Source of the DNA: Escherichia coli
GTDB taxonomy: Bacteria; Pseudomonadota; Gammaproteobacteria; Enterobacterales; Enterobacteriaceae
DNA length: 64,000 bases
Direction: 5' to 3' (one strand)
Assembly: GCF_036507355.1 (NCBI RefSeq)
Contig: NZ_AP027877.1
Shown: piece after piece, positions 43,514 through 56,143 of the stretch
How the letters are laid out: every line of letters starts with the position of its first letter
How positions within the stretch are numbered: the first letter of the stretch is position 1
Notes under the pieces: generated by a model
What the model saw: only the letters and a program-made list of their open reading frames with translations
Databases searched by the model: none
What the model was told of the DNA's origin: nothing
Position numbers and translations under genes: made by a program

Positions 43514-45622
43514 TTAATTTCGGTTTCGGGTGACTTTAATCACGTCTGGCATCACGCGGATTTTGCGCATGATATTCGCCAGATGCACACGGTCACGAGC
43601 GGTCAGACGAATAAAGGCGCTGTAGACGCGACCATCTTTCTCTTCCGTATTCAAACTTTGAATATTCGAGGTCGTGGTGTTAATTGCCGCCGTCAGGTTT
43701 GCCAGCGCACCCTGATGATTGAACATCTCCACCTTGATTTCGGTGATGAATTCCTGCGCCGTCTCTTTATCCCATTCCACAGCCATAAACTTCTCTGGCT
43801 CTTTCTGGTAGCCACGGATGTTACGGCAGGATTCATGGTGGATCACCAGACCTTTACCGGGGCTGACGTGGGCGATAATCGGGTCGCCAGGAATAGGGCG
43901 GCAGCATTTCGCAAAGGTGATCAGCACGCCATCGGCACCTTTAATTGGCAGATGTCCGTGACTTTGGGTTGCCGGTGGAATGGAGGCGTCCCCATGTTGT
44001 AGATTTTTCGCGACCACCACGCTCATTGCGTTACCAAGGCCGATTTCTGCCAGCAGATCGTCAAGCGTTGCCAGCTTCATGCGATCCAGCTCGCGCTGAA
44101 TATTTTCCTGCGGGATTTCATTCAGCTTACGGCTACCACCCAAAGCATGGTTGAGCAGACGACGGCCCAGGCTTACAGAATCATCACGCTTGAGGTTTTT
44201 CAGCAACTGACGAATTTTGGCGCGCGCTTTCGAGCTAACGACAAAGTTCAGCCAAGCGGCATTCGGGCGAGCGCCCGGAGCGGTAATGATTTCAACGGTC
44301 TGACCGCTAGTAAGCGGCTGCGACAGCGGGTAAGGCTGACGGTCGACGCGTGCGCCCACGCAGGCATGACCGATATCGGTATGCACTGCATAAGCGAAGT
44401 CGACAGGCGTTGCACCGGCAGGCAGTTCGACAATGCGCCCTTCCGGTGTGAAAACGTAAATCTCATCCGGGAAGAGATCGGATTTAACGCTCTCGATAAA
44501 TTCAAACGAGCTACCGGCGCTTTGTTGCAGCTCCAGCAGGCTTTGCATCCAGCGCTGGGCGCGGATTTGTGCAGTCGTGCTGGTTTCGCCGTGCTCTTTA
44601 TAAGCCCAGTGCGCGGCAACACCCATCTCCGCCATCTGATCCATATCTTCGGTACGGATTTGGACCTCAACCGGCACGCCGTGCGGGCCAATCATCGAGG
44701 TGTGCAACGACTGATAGCCGTTCGCTTTTGGAATGGCGATGTAGTCTTTCACGCGACCCGGACGCGGCTTATACAGGCTATGCATCTGGCCGAGCACGCG
44801 ATAACAGGTGTCGGAATCATTGACGATCACGCGGAAAGCGTAGATGTCCATGATCGAGTGAAAACGCTGCTCTTTGAGCACCATTTTGCAGTAAATCGAA
44901 TAAAGATGCTTTTCGCGACCACTGACGCGGCACGGTATTCCCGCTTCCTGCAAACGCCCTTCGATTTCCGAGAGGATTTTTTGGATCATCTCTTTACGGT
45001 TGCCGCGCGCGGCTTTCACCACTTCTTTGATTACGCGATAACGGTTGGGATACAGCGCCTCAAAACCCAGCTCTTCGAGTTCGGTTTTAATGTGGTGGAT
45101 ACCTAAACGGTGCGCCAGCGGGCTGTAAATTTCGAGAGTTTCACGGGCGATGCGGCGACGTTTGTCCGGGCGAAGTGAGCCCAGCGTGCGCATGTTGTGG
45201 GTACGGTCGGCAAGTTTGATGAGAATGACGCGGATATCCTGCACCATCGCCATAATCATCTTGCGAAAGTTTTCGGCCTGCGCCTCTTTCTTATCGCGGA
45301 ACTTGAGTTTATCAAGCTTTGACACCCCCTCTACCAGCTCGGCGACGCTTTTACCAAAAAGCTGTTCCATGTCCTGGTAGGTGGCGGGAGTATCTTCAAT
45401 CACGTCATGCAGCAGCGCTGCCATCAGGGTTTCATAGTCGAGTTTCATCTCGGCCAGAATGCAGGCAACAGCTACCGGGTGCGTGATATAGGGTTCACCG
45501 CTTGAACGTGTTTGCCCCTCGTGAGCATCACGTGCAACGAGATACGCCTGCCGCAGACGCTTGATTTGGTCTTCCGGCAGGTAGTTTTGAATCAGCTGAT
45601 TCAGGCTTTCAAACAGATACAA
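43514..45622 (-). CDS. spoT: Bifunctional (p)ppGpp synthetase/hydrolase SpoT
   Basis: 702-aa ORF with HD domain (HDVIEDT), RelA/SpoT synthetase, TGS and ACT regions. Confidence 0.93.
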   Translation of the reverse strand: MYLFESLNQLIQNYLPEDQIKRLRQAYLVARDAHEGQTRSSGEPYITHPVAVACILAEMKLDYETLMAALLHDVIEDTPATYQDMEQLFGKSVAELVEGVSKLDKLKFRDKKEAQAENFRKMIMAMVQDIRVILIKLADRTHNMRTLGSLRPDKRRRIARETLEIYSPLAHRLGIHHIKTELEELGFEALYPNRYRVIKEVVKAARGNRKEMIQKILSEIEGRLQEAGIPCRVSGREKHLYSIYCKMVLKEQRFHSIMDIYAFRVIVNDSDTCYRVLGQMHSLYKPRPGRVKDYIAIPKANGYQSLHTSMIGPHGVPVEVQIRTEDMDQMAEMGVAAHWAYKEHGETSTTAQIRAQRWMQSLLELQQSAGSSFEFIESVKSDLFPDEIYVFTPEGRIVELPAGATPVDFAYAVHTDIGHACVGARVDRQPYPLSQPLTSGQTVEIITAPGARPNAAWLNFVVSSKARAKIRQLLKNLKRDDSVSLGRRLLNHALGGSRKLNEIPQENIQRELDRMKLATLDDLLAEIGLGNAMSVVVAKNLQHGDASIPPATQSHGHLPIKGADGVLITFAKCCRPIPGDPIIAHVSPGKGLVIHHESCRNIRGYQKEPEKFMAVEWDKETAQEFITEIKVEMFNHQGALANLTAAINTTTSNIQSLNTEEKDGRVYSAFIRLTARDRVHLANIMRKIRVMPDVIKVTRNRN

Positions 45623-45640
45623 GGGCGACCCGCTTTGTGA

Positions 45641-45916
45641 TTAACGACGACCTTCAGCAATAGCGGTAACGGCTTGTAATTCAGCGGCTTCCTGCTCTTG
45701 CTGTTCCTGGCGTTCGCGAACGTCGAGGATCTGGTTGTTGATCAGACCTTCTTCGATTTCGCGCAGCGCGATTACAGTGGTTTTATCGTTTTCTTCCGGT
45801 ACCAGCGGATCCTTTCCGCCTACCTGCATCTGACGAGCGCGACGCGCGGCGACCAGTACCAGGTCAAAACGGTTACCAATTTTCTCTACAGCGTCCTGAA
45901 CAGTTACGCGTGCCAT
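45641..45916 (-). CDS. rpoZ: RNA polymerase omega subunit
   Basis: 91-aa [32 protein letters not shown]. Confidence 0.93.
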
Positions 45917-45970
45917 ACTTAAAAAGCTCCACAGGTGAAGAAATGACTGGGCATGATACTGAAATCAGGT

Positions 45971-46758
<788 letters not shown>

Positions 46759-46787
46759 CTCAGGAAGCGTCCTCGCAGACTCCGTTG

Positions 46788-49147
<2,360 letters not shown>

Positions 49148-49438
49148 GGTTCTCTCCCTAAAAATCTGTCTGGCAGGGTAGCGATTTGTGCGTATTGTCA
49201 CGATTGAGATTTTTTAAGGTGAGAGGAAATTGATAACTTGTAGTTATGTGAAATCGCTATTTTCTGTAGCGTAGATGCATTCATCTGACTTCTTGTCTGA
49301 GAAAATGCATAAGAAAAAATAGGTTAAAATTGAGGGGTGGAAAAGAAAGGTGCAATGTTTAGCCATTGTGTTCACCGTACCTGGACTTTGGCTTACGCAT
49401 CGGGTATCTCAATCAACAAAAAGAGTTTTTAGTTTCTG

Positions 49439-50261
49439 CTATTTCTTCTCTGTAATTTTTACACTGTTTTCCAACTGCTTGATGCTGACCTGCGGGGTCG
49501 GCAACTCCTCAGGCATGGTTCCGCCAAGTTCCTGAATGGTTTGCCTCACCTTGCTACCCACGTCAAAGTGTGTGGTATTAGCTTGCTGTTTTGAATTCAC
49601 GCCATCCCGCTTGAGTTTTTCTTCTGTTTGGGTAGCTCGAAAGAGATTAGCCGCCAGTTCTGTTGAACCCATATGATCCAGGATCTTCTGACTCTTTTTC
49701 AGCCCCTTCCGCTGATGGATGGCTTTCTGATCTAATCCACCATACAGCCCCGGTAACCATGATTCTGAAATATGGCGAAATCGATAGCTGTTGCTACCCC
49801 AGCTTGCTGCGCTGCCTCAACTAATTGTTTGTTATGTTCTTTCAATTCATTTCTCAGAAAAAGACGCTTTTCGTCTTCACGAAGTTGCCTGAAAGCTTCA
49901 TCGTCAGCCAGCTCCTGCCGTCGGGTCTGGATAGCAAAATAAGTTTGTCCTGCCGCAATAACCGGTTTCGCAGGGTCGCCGTTTTGTACTACCAGGTAAC
50001 AGGCATAGCGGGAGAGATGAACATCTTCAAGTTCTCGTTGAGCCCTGAACCTAATACAACCATTTTGGTGGTTTCAACGAAATGGTCAGATGCAGCTTGA
50101 TTGCTGGCTTCGCACGCTTGAGTCGCGCGGGTCAGTACCTTTTGAAAACTGCGCCAGTCCCGATAATCCAGTAACGGTGCCAATTCTCTCGCTGACCAAA
50201 ATTCTTGCCCTTCAGTGCCATAATGCCGTATCTCTTCAAAAGGTTGATGATGTTCGTTCAT
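49439..50261 (-). pseudogene. dinD: DNA-damage-inducible protein DinD, interrupted by an apparent -1 frameshift near 50040
   Basis: ORF 49989..50273 gives the DinD N-terminus (MNEHHQPFEEIRHYGTEGQEFW...) then terminates early; the remaining DinD sequence ([27 protein letters not shown] ... MGSTELAANLF...) reads through to 49439 in the adjacent frame. Confidence 0.65.
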
Positions 50262-50306
50262 TGCCCACTCCATGTAATCTCGATTGCAAAGAAAGTAAAT
50301 CTAAGA

Positions 50307-50322
50307 CTGTGTTTATATACAG
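50307..50322. promoter_or_regulatory. LexA (SOS) box upstream of dinD
   Basis: CTGTGTTTATATACAG matches the CTGT-N8-ACAG SOS box, about 45 bp upstream of the dinD start. Confidence 0.8.
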
Positions 50323-50485
50323 TTGTGAGTATCTCACGTTCTCAGTGTGCTGGGCAAAAAGACATCGCAAAATCTGGAGCAGGCACGCAAAACAGAATTG
50401 AAAGTTGCGGGGAAGAAAAATGCCGCTCTGTTTGAGTGGGCGGCATTTGTGAAGGCTGAAAAGTAAGAATTGGCGTTACGAGTTA

Positions 50486-50502
50486 TTCAATGTTCTGAAT
50501 CT
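50486..50502. repeat. attR-like direct repeat (tcaatgttctgaatctg) of the integrative element
   Basis: 16 of 17 bases identical to 58622..58638 at the other end of the integrase-containing block. Confidence 0.7.
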
Positions 50503-50647
50503 GAATATTGAATTGTGGGTTATATGTATTGATATTTAAATGATTTTTGTTTTTCTGGTTTTGCTTGTGTACACGTAGGGGTACATGGATTTACAGGGAT
50601 TACAATTTTTATTGTGTGATTTATGACCAATTGTAATTTTGTGTAAG

Positions 50648-50929
50648 TCACGCCGTGATCTTCATTAAAACATTATCAACAAAAACCCATTCGGGGTGAG
50701 AGGTGGGCGCTGGCATTTTTGTTTTACGTTCGCGCCGTGGATCTGCGATTTCAAAGGCTGGCGTCATAAATCTGAAAGTCATTGCTTCCGCATAAGCCTG
50801 GCTGAATCCATAACGACGCAGCTCATGAATTAACGCCTCATCATCCAGATCCAGCGCGTAAACCTCTTCAGCAATAGCGGCGGCAATCTGTAGGCGGGTG
50901 CTGTTGGGCAAGCGGTTCACATTCAGCAT
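50648..50929 (-). CDS. Hypothetical protein (cargo of integrative element)
   Basis: ORF 50648..50941; second ATG (MLNVNRLPNST) has a GGAG RBS; no recognisable domain. Confidence 0.45.
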   Translation of the reverse strand: MLNVNRLPNSTRLQIAAAIAEEVYALDLDDEALIHELRRYGFSQAYAEAMTFRFMTPAFEIADPRRERKTKMPAPTSHPEWVFVDNVLMKITA

Positions 50930-50944
50930 GACAGACTCCATCAG

Positions 50945-50975
50945 GTCAAAAGAAACCGCCTTTCGGCGGCGCTTG
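50945..50975 (-). terminator. Putative rho-independent terminator downstream of the 134-aa/62-aa gene pair
   Basis: On the minus strand: stem GCCGCCG-AAA-GGCGG followed by TTTCTTTTG. Confidence 0.45.
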
Positions 50976-51048
50976 GCAGTGAGGGAAGGTTACGGGCAGA
51001 TAAGCATCAGGTAGCAGTACAGCATCACACAGAGCGCATATGCCTCAG

Positions 51049-51237
51049 TCATGATTTCCCCGCATAGAAGTTCTGGTTAAATAGCTTCTGACTCATCCCC
51101 GTACTATCCGCTTTGCCACCAGAATAAAAAGCCTTGTTAAAGTCAGATTGACTGCTACCACTGAAGGAAGTGCCAGTTTTGCCCTCTCGCGCTTCACGCG
51201 CTTTTCTCAATGCCTCGATTACGGATGCTTTACTCAT
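51049..51237 (-). CDS. Hypothetical 62-aa Ser/Gly-rich protein, translationally coupled to the upstream gene
   Basis: Start ATG overlaps the stop of the 134-aa ORF (ATGA); internal FNKAFYSGG / FNQNFYAGK repeats. Confidence 0.5.
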   Translation of the reverse strand: MSKASVIEALRKAREAREGKTGTSFSGSSQSDFNKAFYSGGKADSTGMSQKLFNQNFYAGKS

Positions 51238-51638
51238 CGTGCAAACCCTCGTGTAATACTGGTGTAACCTCGACCGGCTGCTTTGCTCAGTTCATTCAGG
51301 CCATTGGTCACAACCTTCGATTCCCAACCGATAACCCCATTAATAGAGCGCGGCAAAGGGAAGTTCCCGTCCCTGCTCCATTCCTTCAATTTGGCAGTGG
51401 TGAGTGCTTTGCCATATTGGCGCTGATATCTCACACAAACATCATCAGGGCTTACCAGACCCACTTTGCTGAGGCCCAACGGCGAGTGAGAGTATTCGAT
51501 TTGCTTTACATACCAACCATCACCAACGGCGTACAGACCGGATGGATGGCGCTTACACTCATCAGCTTGGCGGCGTTGTTCTGCTGCTTGCTTTTGTTCA
51601 ATCAAAATTGTTTCTAACTCAGTCATTGGTGTCACCAT
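51234..51638 (-). CDS. Hypothetical 134-aa protein, first gene of a coupled two-gene module
   Basis: ORF with no recognisable domain; operator-like repeats directly upstream. Confidence 0.5.
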   Translation of the reverse strand: MVTPMTELETILIEQKQAAEQRRQADECKRHPSGLYAVGDGWYVKQIEYSHSPLGLSKVGLVSPDDVCVRYQRQYGKALTTAKLKEWSRDGNFPLPRSINGVIGWESKVVTNGLNELSKAAGRGYTSITRGFAR

Positions 51639-51643
51639 TAAAA

Positions 51644-51694
51644 TGTACTAGCGTGAGGGTACATTATACCAACCGTACTAGCTTGCTGGTACAA
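51644..51694. promoter_or_regulatory. Two 19-bp operator-like repeats (GTACTAGC-N6-GGTACA) upstream of the coupled gene pair
   Basis: tgtactagcgtgagggtaca and cgtactagcttgctggtaca, about 30 bp centre to centre; each contains inverted GTAC half-sites. Confidence 0.45.
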
Positions 51695-52041
51695 TATTCA
51701 CACCAAATAAGTGATTGTTTGGCACACCATCAAAGCGCAGCAGTAAGGAGCGCCTCGGCACTGGGAACAGTGTTCGGGGTTTTCTTTTAGGGCCAGCAGA
51801 GATGTAAGGTAAATCGTGGTGTAGGTGATATCAGATGAATCGGCGATAACCCGAAAACGGTTAGCAAATGTCAGTAGCTGATAAGGTATGAAATAGTAAG
51901 CAAGCGAACCATTCGTAGGGGTAATGTCAGGGTAACGTAATGGTGATATCAGGGTTATCTTAGGGAAGAGGTTAGGTTGGGGTCAGCAAAATGGTAGGGC
52001 ATTATGAGCCTACATTCTTCTTACCCCAAGATGCGGGGGAA

Positions 52042-52497
52042 TTATTTGTTGAGGAACTCACTGTTTTCTAAGCATTTGTATTTGATGTAATCGACCGCTG
52101 TCGGAGTGGTCACAGTAGCAAATTCCTCAAAGACTTTTTTCTTTTCAGTATCGACTATTGTTTTAAGCTCTTCTTTGAATTTCTTTTCTTGTCCCTCCTT
52201 CCACTCCGTGGCAATAAATAGGCATGATTTCCCCTTCTGACTAGCAATTGGATCTAATTGTGAAAGCGCCATTTCAGCTCTCTTGTAAGCCTCTTCAAAT
52301 GATACCTCTCCACCATTACGCGAAACAATTTCAACAAGCTGATTAGCTAATTTGCTCTTTTGTTGTTCTGCCAATCTCCCGGACATTTCAGCCAATGCTC
52401 CGGCATGTACAGTGGCAGTAGCCAAGAGTGTAAGTGTGATAATAGCTATACTTTTCAATTTCTTGTCCTTATTTGTTGTTATGTGAACATATCCCAT
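52042..52497 (-). CDS. Hypothetical secreted protein with Sec signal peptide
   Basis: 151-aa ORF; KKLKSIAIITLTLLATATVHA signal-like segment, Lys/Glu-rich mature part; ATG start. Confidence 0.55.
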   Translation of the reverse strand: MGYVHITTNKDKKLKSIAIITLTLLATATVHAGALAEMSGRLAEQQKSKLANQLVEIVSRNGGEVSFEEAYKRAEMALSQLDPIASQKGKSCLFIATEWKEGQEKKFKEELKTIVDTEKKKVFEEFATVTTPTAVDYIKYKCLENSEFLNK

Positions 52498-52556
52498 ATC
52501 TGATTATCTCAAAACCTACATCATTTGGTATGTTTTTCAGGTTTATATATTTTGCT

Positions 52557-52666
52557 TGTCCCATCTGTCCCGTTGTCCCATAGATTTTATATATATTGTA
52601 TTTCATATGGTTAGCTTGTTTTTTTATGGGACAAGAATGGGACAAAGCGGGACAGGTTTTTGTCCC
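52557..52666. repeat. Iteron module 1: three direct TGTCCC repeats, AT-rich spacer, three inverted GGGACA repeats (plus one more TGTCCC); candidate replication origin
   Basis: Hexamers at 52557, 52566, 52574 (TGTCCC) and 52628, 52639, 52649 (GGGACA), 52661 (TGTCCC); immediately downstream of the helicase gene. Confidence 0.6.
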
Positions 52667-52758
52667 ATTGAAGTTTTTTGTTTGAAACACATACAAATTT
52701 GGTTGGTGTAGGTGGGCTGGTCGCAAAAAAACACCCGCACAGTGGCGGGCATTGGTTC

Positions 52759-54465
52759 TCAATCTTCGAGGCTGTCACGATGGATTATGTAACATCTGAC
52801 GCGACCCAAACCGGGCAGATATCGACGATCTGGTTTGGTGATACCCTTCGCCTGTAAAACGCTGGCAGCTCGTCTGGCATCAAGTCCGGCAAAAATCACT
52901 TTCCAGCCTTCAACCGGGATAATGTACTCGTCATCTTTAATAAACCCAACTCGCGCCGTCGGTATCTCATCTGGTTTATTAGCGTCCTGAAAACGCGCCC
53001 CGTCACGCACTATGGTTTGTCTGATACGCTCGACGATCTCATTATCTTCATGGCTTTCCGTACCTCCTCTACGCTCAATCCATGCGGTAAAGCAGACTTT
53101 CGCCGCTTCTGTCGCAGTTCCCGGACTCCAACCCGTTATCTCAGAAGACAGTTCGCCAGCATAGGCCGCTATGGCGAACTTCTCAGCAACACGCCCGATC
53201 TGACCGGAAGGGTCTTCAGCTACAGAATTAAGAAAGGCCGATTTAAAATCGCGCCAGCCCTCCTTAATGGTGTCGTAATTGATAGTCAGGTGATCAAGCC
53301 ATGCGTTAAACGCTGTACCGTGATTTTCTCGTACTGCCTTGTCCAGACGGTCAGCAAACAAAGCGCCGTTTGCCTCTCCGTGAATCGTGTCGAAACAGGC
53401 AAATTCGCAGTTATCAGCAGGTATGTTAATCACTCGCATTTCCTGCCCGGCATATGTACTTTTCCGAACCGAATCAGCATGGGATTTGAGATCAATTTCA
53501 CCATTGGATAATAGCGCCAAACACCATTGCTGAATCTCTTTGGCTGTTCCGTTTTTGGTGCTTCGTTGCTTGCCTTTCCCATTCGGAAGCATGTACGCGA
53601 TTTCCCCGGCTTTGCTTGCGTCTACTTGTGCGATTTCATCAAGGCACAGAAGGCCGTCATTATGGCGTGCTGCGATACCTTCCAGCCCGTTATCTGTCGC
53701 ACGCCATGAGCGAATATATTCTTTGGGGTCGGAAATAACAGAAGCGGCAACCGTCATTGACCGGGATTTGCCTGAAGATGATGCCCCTACATAATGGAAG
53801 CAGAATCCATCAACTCCCAGCATGGTGAGCATAGGGGACAGGAACGCAGTAGATACCGCCAGAATCAGACGACTATTACCAACGCACAACGCCGCCACTT
53901 CATCGCGCCATGTCGCCAGGGTGCCGCAGGATGGCTCTGGCTTTACTCGGGCATTAACCTGATAGACAACCATATCTTTATCAATTGGGTTAAATGTCCG
54001 CACCGGGGTCACGTATACGGCAGGTTTAAACCAACCGCAGCGAGTAACGCAGGTTAACCGGCTTTGGTGGGATTGCCCTTTGAGATAACGGATGAACGCC
54101 TTCTCATCCCAGATACGCAGGCCGCCGTTAACCAGAATGCTAATGGCTTCAGCTCCTCCATTTGCGTAAAGTGAAGTCGCAGGCATCGCCCATTTCTTTG
54201 GCATCCCGTCACGGTCACACCATGACAGAAGTTTGCCCCACGACTCGTTATCCTTGTCTCTGGTTTCCGCAGTGACCTCAATAACATCAGATATACAGAC
54301 GGGTGCCGGATTGGGGTTTTTCTCCGTTGGTGCTCTGTAGAAGTAAACGCCAGCATCCCCGCGTTCCCTGTCGTACTCCCGATGTACCCAGTAAAACGGC
54401 GGCAGCTTTTCGGCTGGCGGGTTGTCTTTGTGGACTGATAAATCAATCACGTTGTTCGTGCTCAT
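52759..54465 (-). CDS. DUF927-type P-loop helicase (replicative helicase of P4 alpha / D5 type)
   Basis: Walker A-like GASSSGKS; start ATG (MSTNNVIDL) overlaps the primase stop (ATGA); original ORF 52759..54480. Confidence 0.7.
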   Translation of the reverse strand: MSTNNVIDLSVHKDNPPAEKLPPFYWVHREYDRERGDAGVYFYRAPTEKNPNPAPVCISDVIEVTAETRDKDNESWGKLLSWCDRDGMPKKWAMPATSLYANGGAEAISILVNGGLRIWDEKAFIRYLKGQSHQSRLTCVTRCGWFKPAVYVTPVRTFNPIDKDMVVYQVNARVKPEPSCGTLATWRDEVAALCVGNSRLILAVSTAFLSPMLTMLGVDGFCFHYVGASSSGKSRSMTVAASVISDPKEYIRSWRATDNGLEGIAARHNDGLLCLDEIAQVDASKAGEIAYMLPNGKGKQRSTKNGTAKEIQQWCLALLSNGEIDLKSHADSVRKSTYAGQEMRVINIPADNCEFACFDTIHGEANGALFADRLDKAVRENHGTAFNAWLDHLTINYDTIKEGWRDFKSAFLNSVAEDPSGQIGRVAEKFAIAAYAGELSSEITGWSPGTATEAAKVCFTAWIERRGGTESHEDNEIVERIRQTIVRDGARFQDANKPDEIPTARVGFIKDDEYIIPVEGWKVIFAGLDARRAASVLQAKGITKPDRRYLPGLGRVRCYIIHRDSLED

Positions 54466-55331
54466 GCCACTGCCTCCCATTTCTTGACCAGTTCATTTTT
54501 GTGATCGTTCCAGTCGCCATGTCTGGACGGGATTAGCAGCTCGCAACGGTAGCGACTTGCCGCATCAATGGCTTTAGTTACTCCCGGGTTGCCATCTGTA
54601 TTCGCATCATTATCGGCGGCAATGATGATGCGGGCGCGTGGAAATTCACTGCGCACACTCTCAGATACCTCTCGCAGGTTTCCGGCAGTAAAGGCGACAC
54701 AGACCGGGCAGCCCGTTACTTCTCGAACGGTGGCGGCGGTGGCATAGCCTTCAGCGATGAAAATGGTTTTGTCATTGACGACTAACCCGCCCAGCCAATA
54801 GCGTCCACCTTTCAATAGTGCGCCAGATTTAAAGCGCTTTGTGCCGTCCGGCATAATGTACTGAATGGACTGTACACTTCCGTACTGATCATGGATTGGA
54901 ATCAGTAACCAGTCACCAGATTGATAAATGCCATGCGCCCCAACACCTTTGCGCAATAGGTAAGGGTGATTATCACTGGCAGGAACTGCGCTACTAATCT
55001 TGGCTCTACATTCGGCAGCGGCGGCAACCTCAGCTTTACGCTGTATCGCTCCAATTGCCCGGCGTGCTTCCATCATCACGCGCTTACGTTCAATGCTGTT
55101 GACCTGTACACCATCGAGAAAGTGACACGCGGTTATGCCAGTTTTCCAGCTACCAAAAGCACAGCCCGCGCCATCAGGGAACGGGTAAGCCCAGCCATTA
55201 AGCGAGCCAGGTTTATCGCCCTCGATACGAAAGCGGGCAACGGTGCCGGGGATTAATTCCGGCAGTTCGCAAGGTATTACGCCAGCCTCGCGCATGGTGT
55301 CAGACAGGGATTGTCTTTGATGTGTAGTCAT
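54462..55331 (-). CDS. Toprim-domain DNA primase (P4 alpha N-terminal-like)
   Basis: ORF 54462..55388; ATG at 55331 (MTTHQRQSL) has an AGGAAA RBS; toprim-like acidic motif IIAADNDANTDGNPG. Confidence 0.65.
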   Translation of the reverse strand: MTTHQRQSLSDTMREAGVIPCELPELIPGTVARFRIEGDKPGSLNGWAYPFPDGAGCAFGSWKTGITACHFLDGVQVNSIERKRVMMEARRAIGAIQRKAEVAAAAECRAKISSAVPASDNHPYLLRKGVGAHGIYQSGDWLLIPIHDQYGSVQSIQYIMPDGTKRFKSGALLKGGRYWLGGLVVNDKTIFIAEGYATAATVREVTGCPVCVAFTAGNLREVSESVRSEFPRARIIIAADNDANTDGNPGVTKAIDAASRYRCELLIPSRHGDWNDHKNELVKKWEAVA

Positions 55332-55398
55332 ATATACTTTTCCTGTTACTGTGCTGGCGGGTCTGTCGCCAAACTTCACCGCCAGCAAGATTTAAAAG

Positions 55399-55860
55399 TT
55401 ACTCAGTATGATCAGCGGCATCCTTTGGGGTGCCGTTTTGCTTTATCCGGTCATTAATTTCCTCCAGCAAGTCTTCAGCCTTAACCAATTCTCTGATTGC
55501 CTTTGCTGTCCGCGCTGCCTCTGCTTCAGCTTTGTCGGCTGATTTTTTGGCTAACTGTTCGCGCCTTTCGGCTCTGGCTTGAGCATCCAACTCCCAATCG
55601 CATGAAAGGTGGCGGCCATCTAGATACCTGCTTACGATAACGCCTCTTTCATCCGTATCCTCATGAATGAACCACCAGCCATGCTTCTCGTTCATTAATT
55701 GCTGCAATGGTGAGCGATAGTGTTTACCTGCTATTTGAAGTAATTCGTCTTCACAAACAGGGCCATCAACCAGCGCGCGCCAGATTCGATATGCCTTTGT
55801 GCCTGGCTTAGGGATAGTGTGCAACGGCGCAGTAATCAGGATTTTCTCCCAGTTCTTCAT
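55399..55860 (-). CDS. Hypothetical protein translationally coupled to alpA
   Basis: Start ATG (MKNWEKILITAPL) overlaps the alpA stop (ATGA); charged C-terminal helix. Confidence 0.5.
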   Translation of the reverse strand: MKNWEKILITAPLHTIPKPGTKAYRIWRALVDGPVCEDELLQIAGKHYRSPLQQLMNEKHGWWFIHEDTDERGVIVSRYLDGRHLSCDWELDAQARAERREQLAKKSADKAEAEAARTAKAIRELVKAEDLLEEINDRIKQNGTPKDAADHTE

Positions 55861-56030
55861 TTTTTGGCCTCCAGCCATGAGTTGATTTCTGTTGAAGACC
55901 ATGCTGTAACGCGTTCAGAAAGTTTTATGGGTTTTGGTATCTTCCCGGTTCTTGCCCAGCGCCAAAGAGAAGAAACGCTAATTCCCAGTTGGTTAGCCAG
56001 GTCTTTAGGGCGTAAATATTGCGTTTTCAT
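55857..56030 (-). CDS. alpA: AlpA-family phage transcriptional regulator / excisionase-like HTH protein
   Basis: 57-aa product MKTQYLRPKDLANQLGISVSSLWRWARTGKIPKPIKL... typical of AlpA. Confidence 0.8.
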   Translation of the reverse strand: MKTQYLRPKDLANQLGISVSSLWRWARTGKIPKPIKLSERVTAWSSTEINSWLEAKK

Positions 56031-56143
56031 TTGGTATACCTCGCTCAACGCACTGCCACTCAGTGCTACGACAGCAAAGATAAAGGCATCCAGTGGCAGA
56101 TATAATGCGCAGCAAAGTAGGTCTTCACTTTCAAAGTAGGTCT

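Noticed and set aside
49989-50273. 94-aa and 77-aa ORFs (49989..50273 and 49439..49672) as two separate small genes
   Set aside because: Both are fragments of dinD separated by a frameshift.
52469-52762. 97-aa minus-strand ORF spanning iteron module 1
   Set aside because: It runs through the TGTCCC/GGGACA repeat array and AT-rich spacer, so it is more plausibly non-coding origin or operator DNA.
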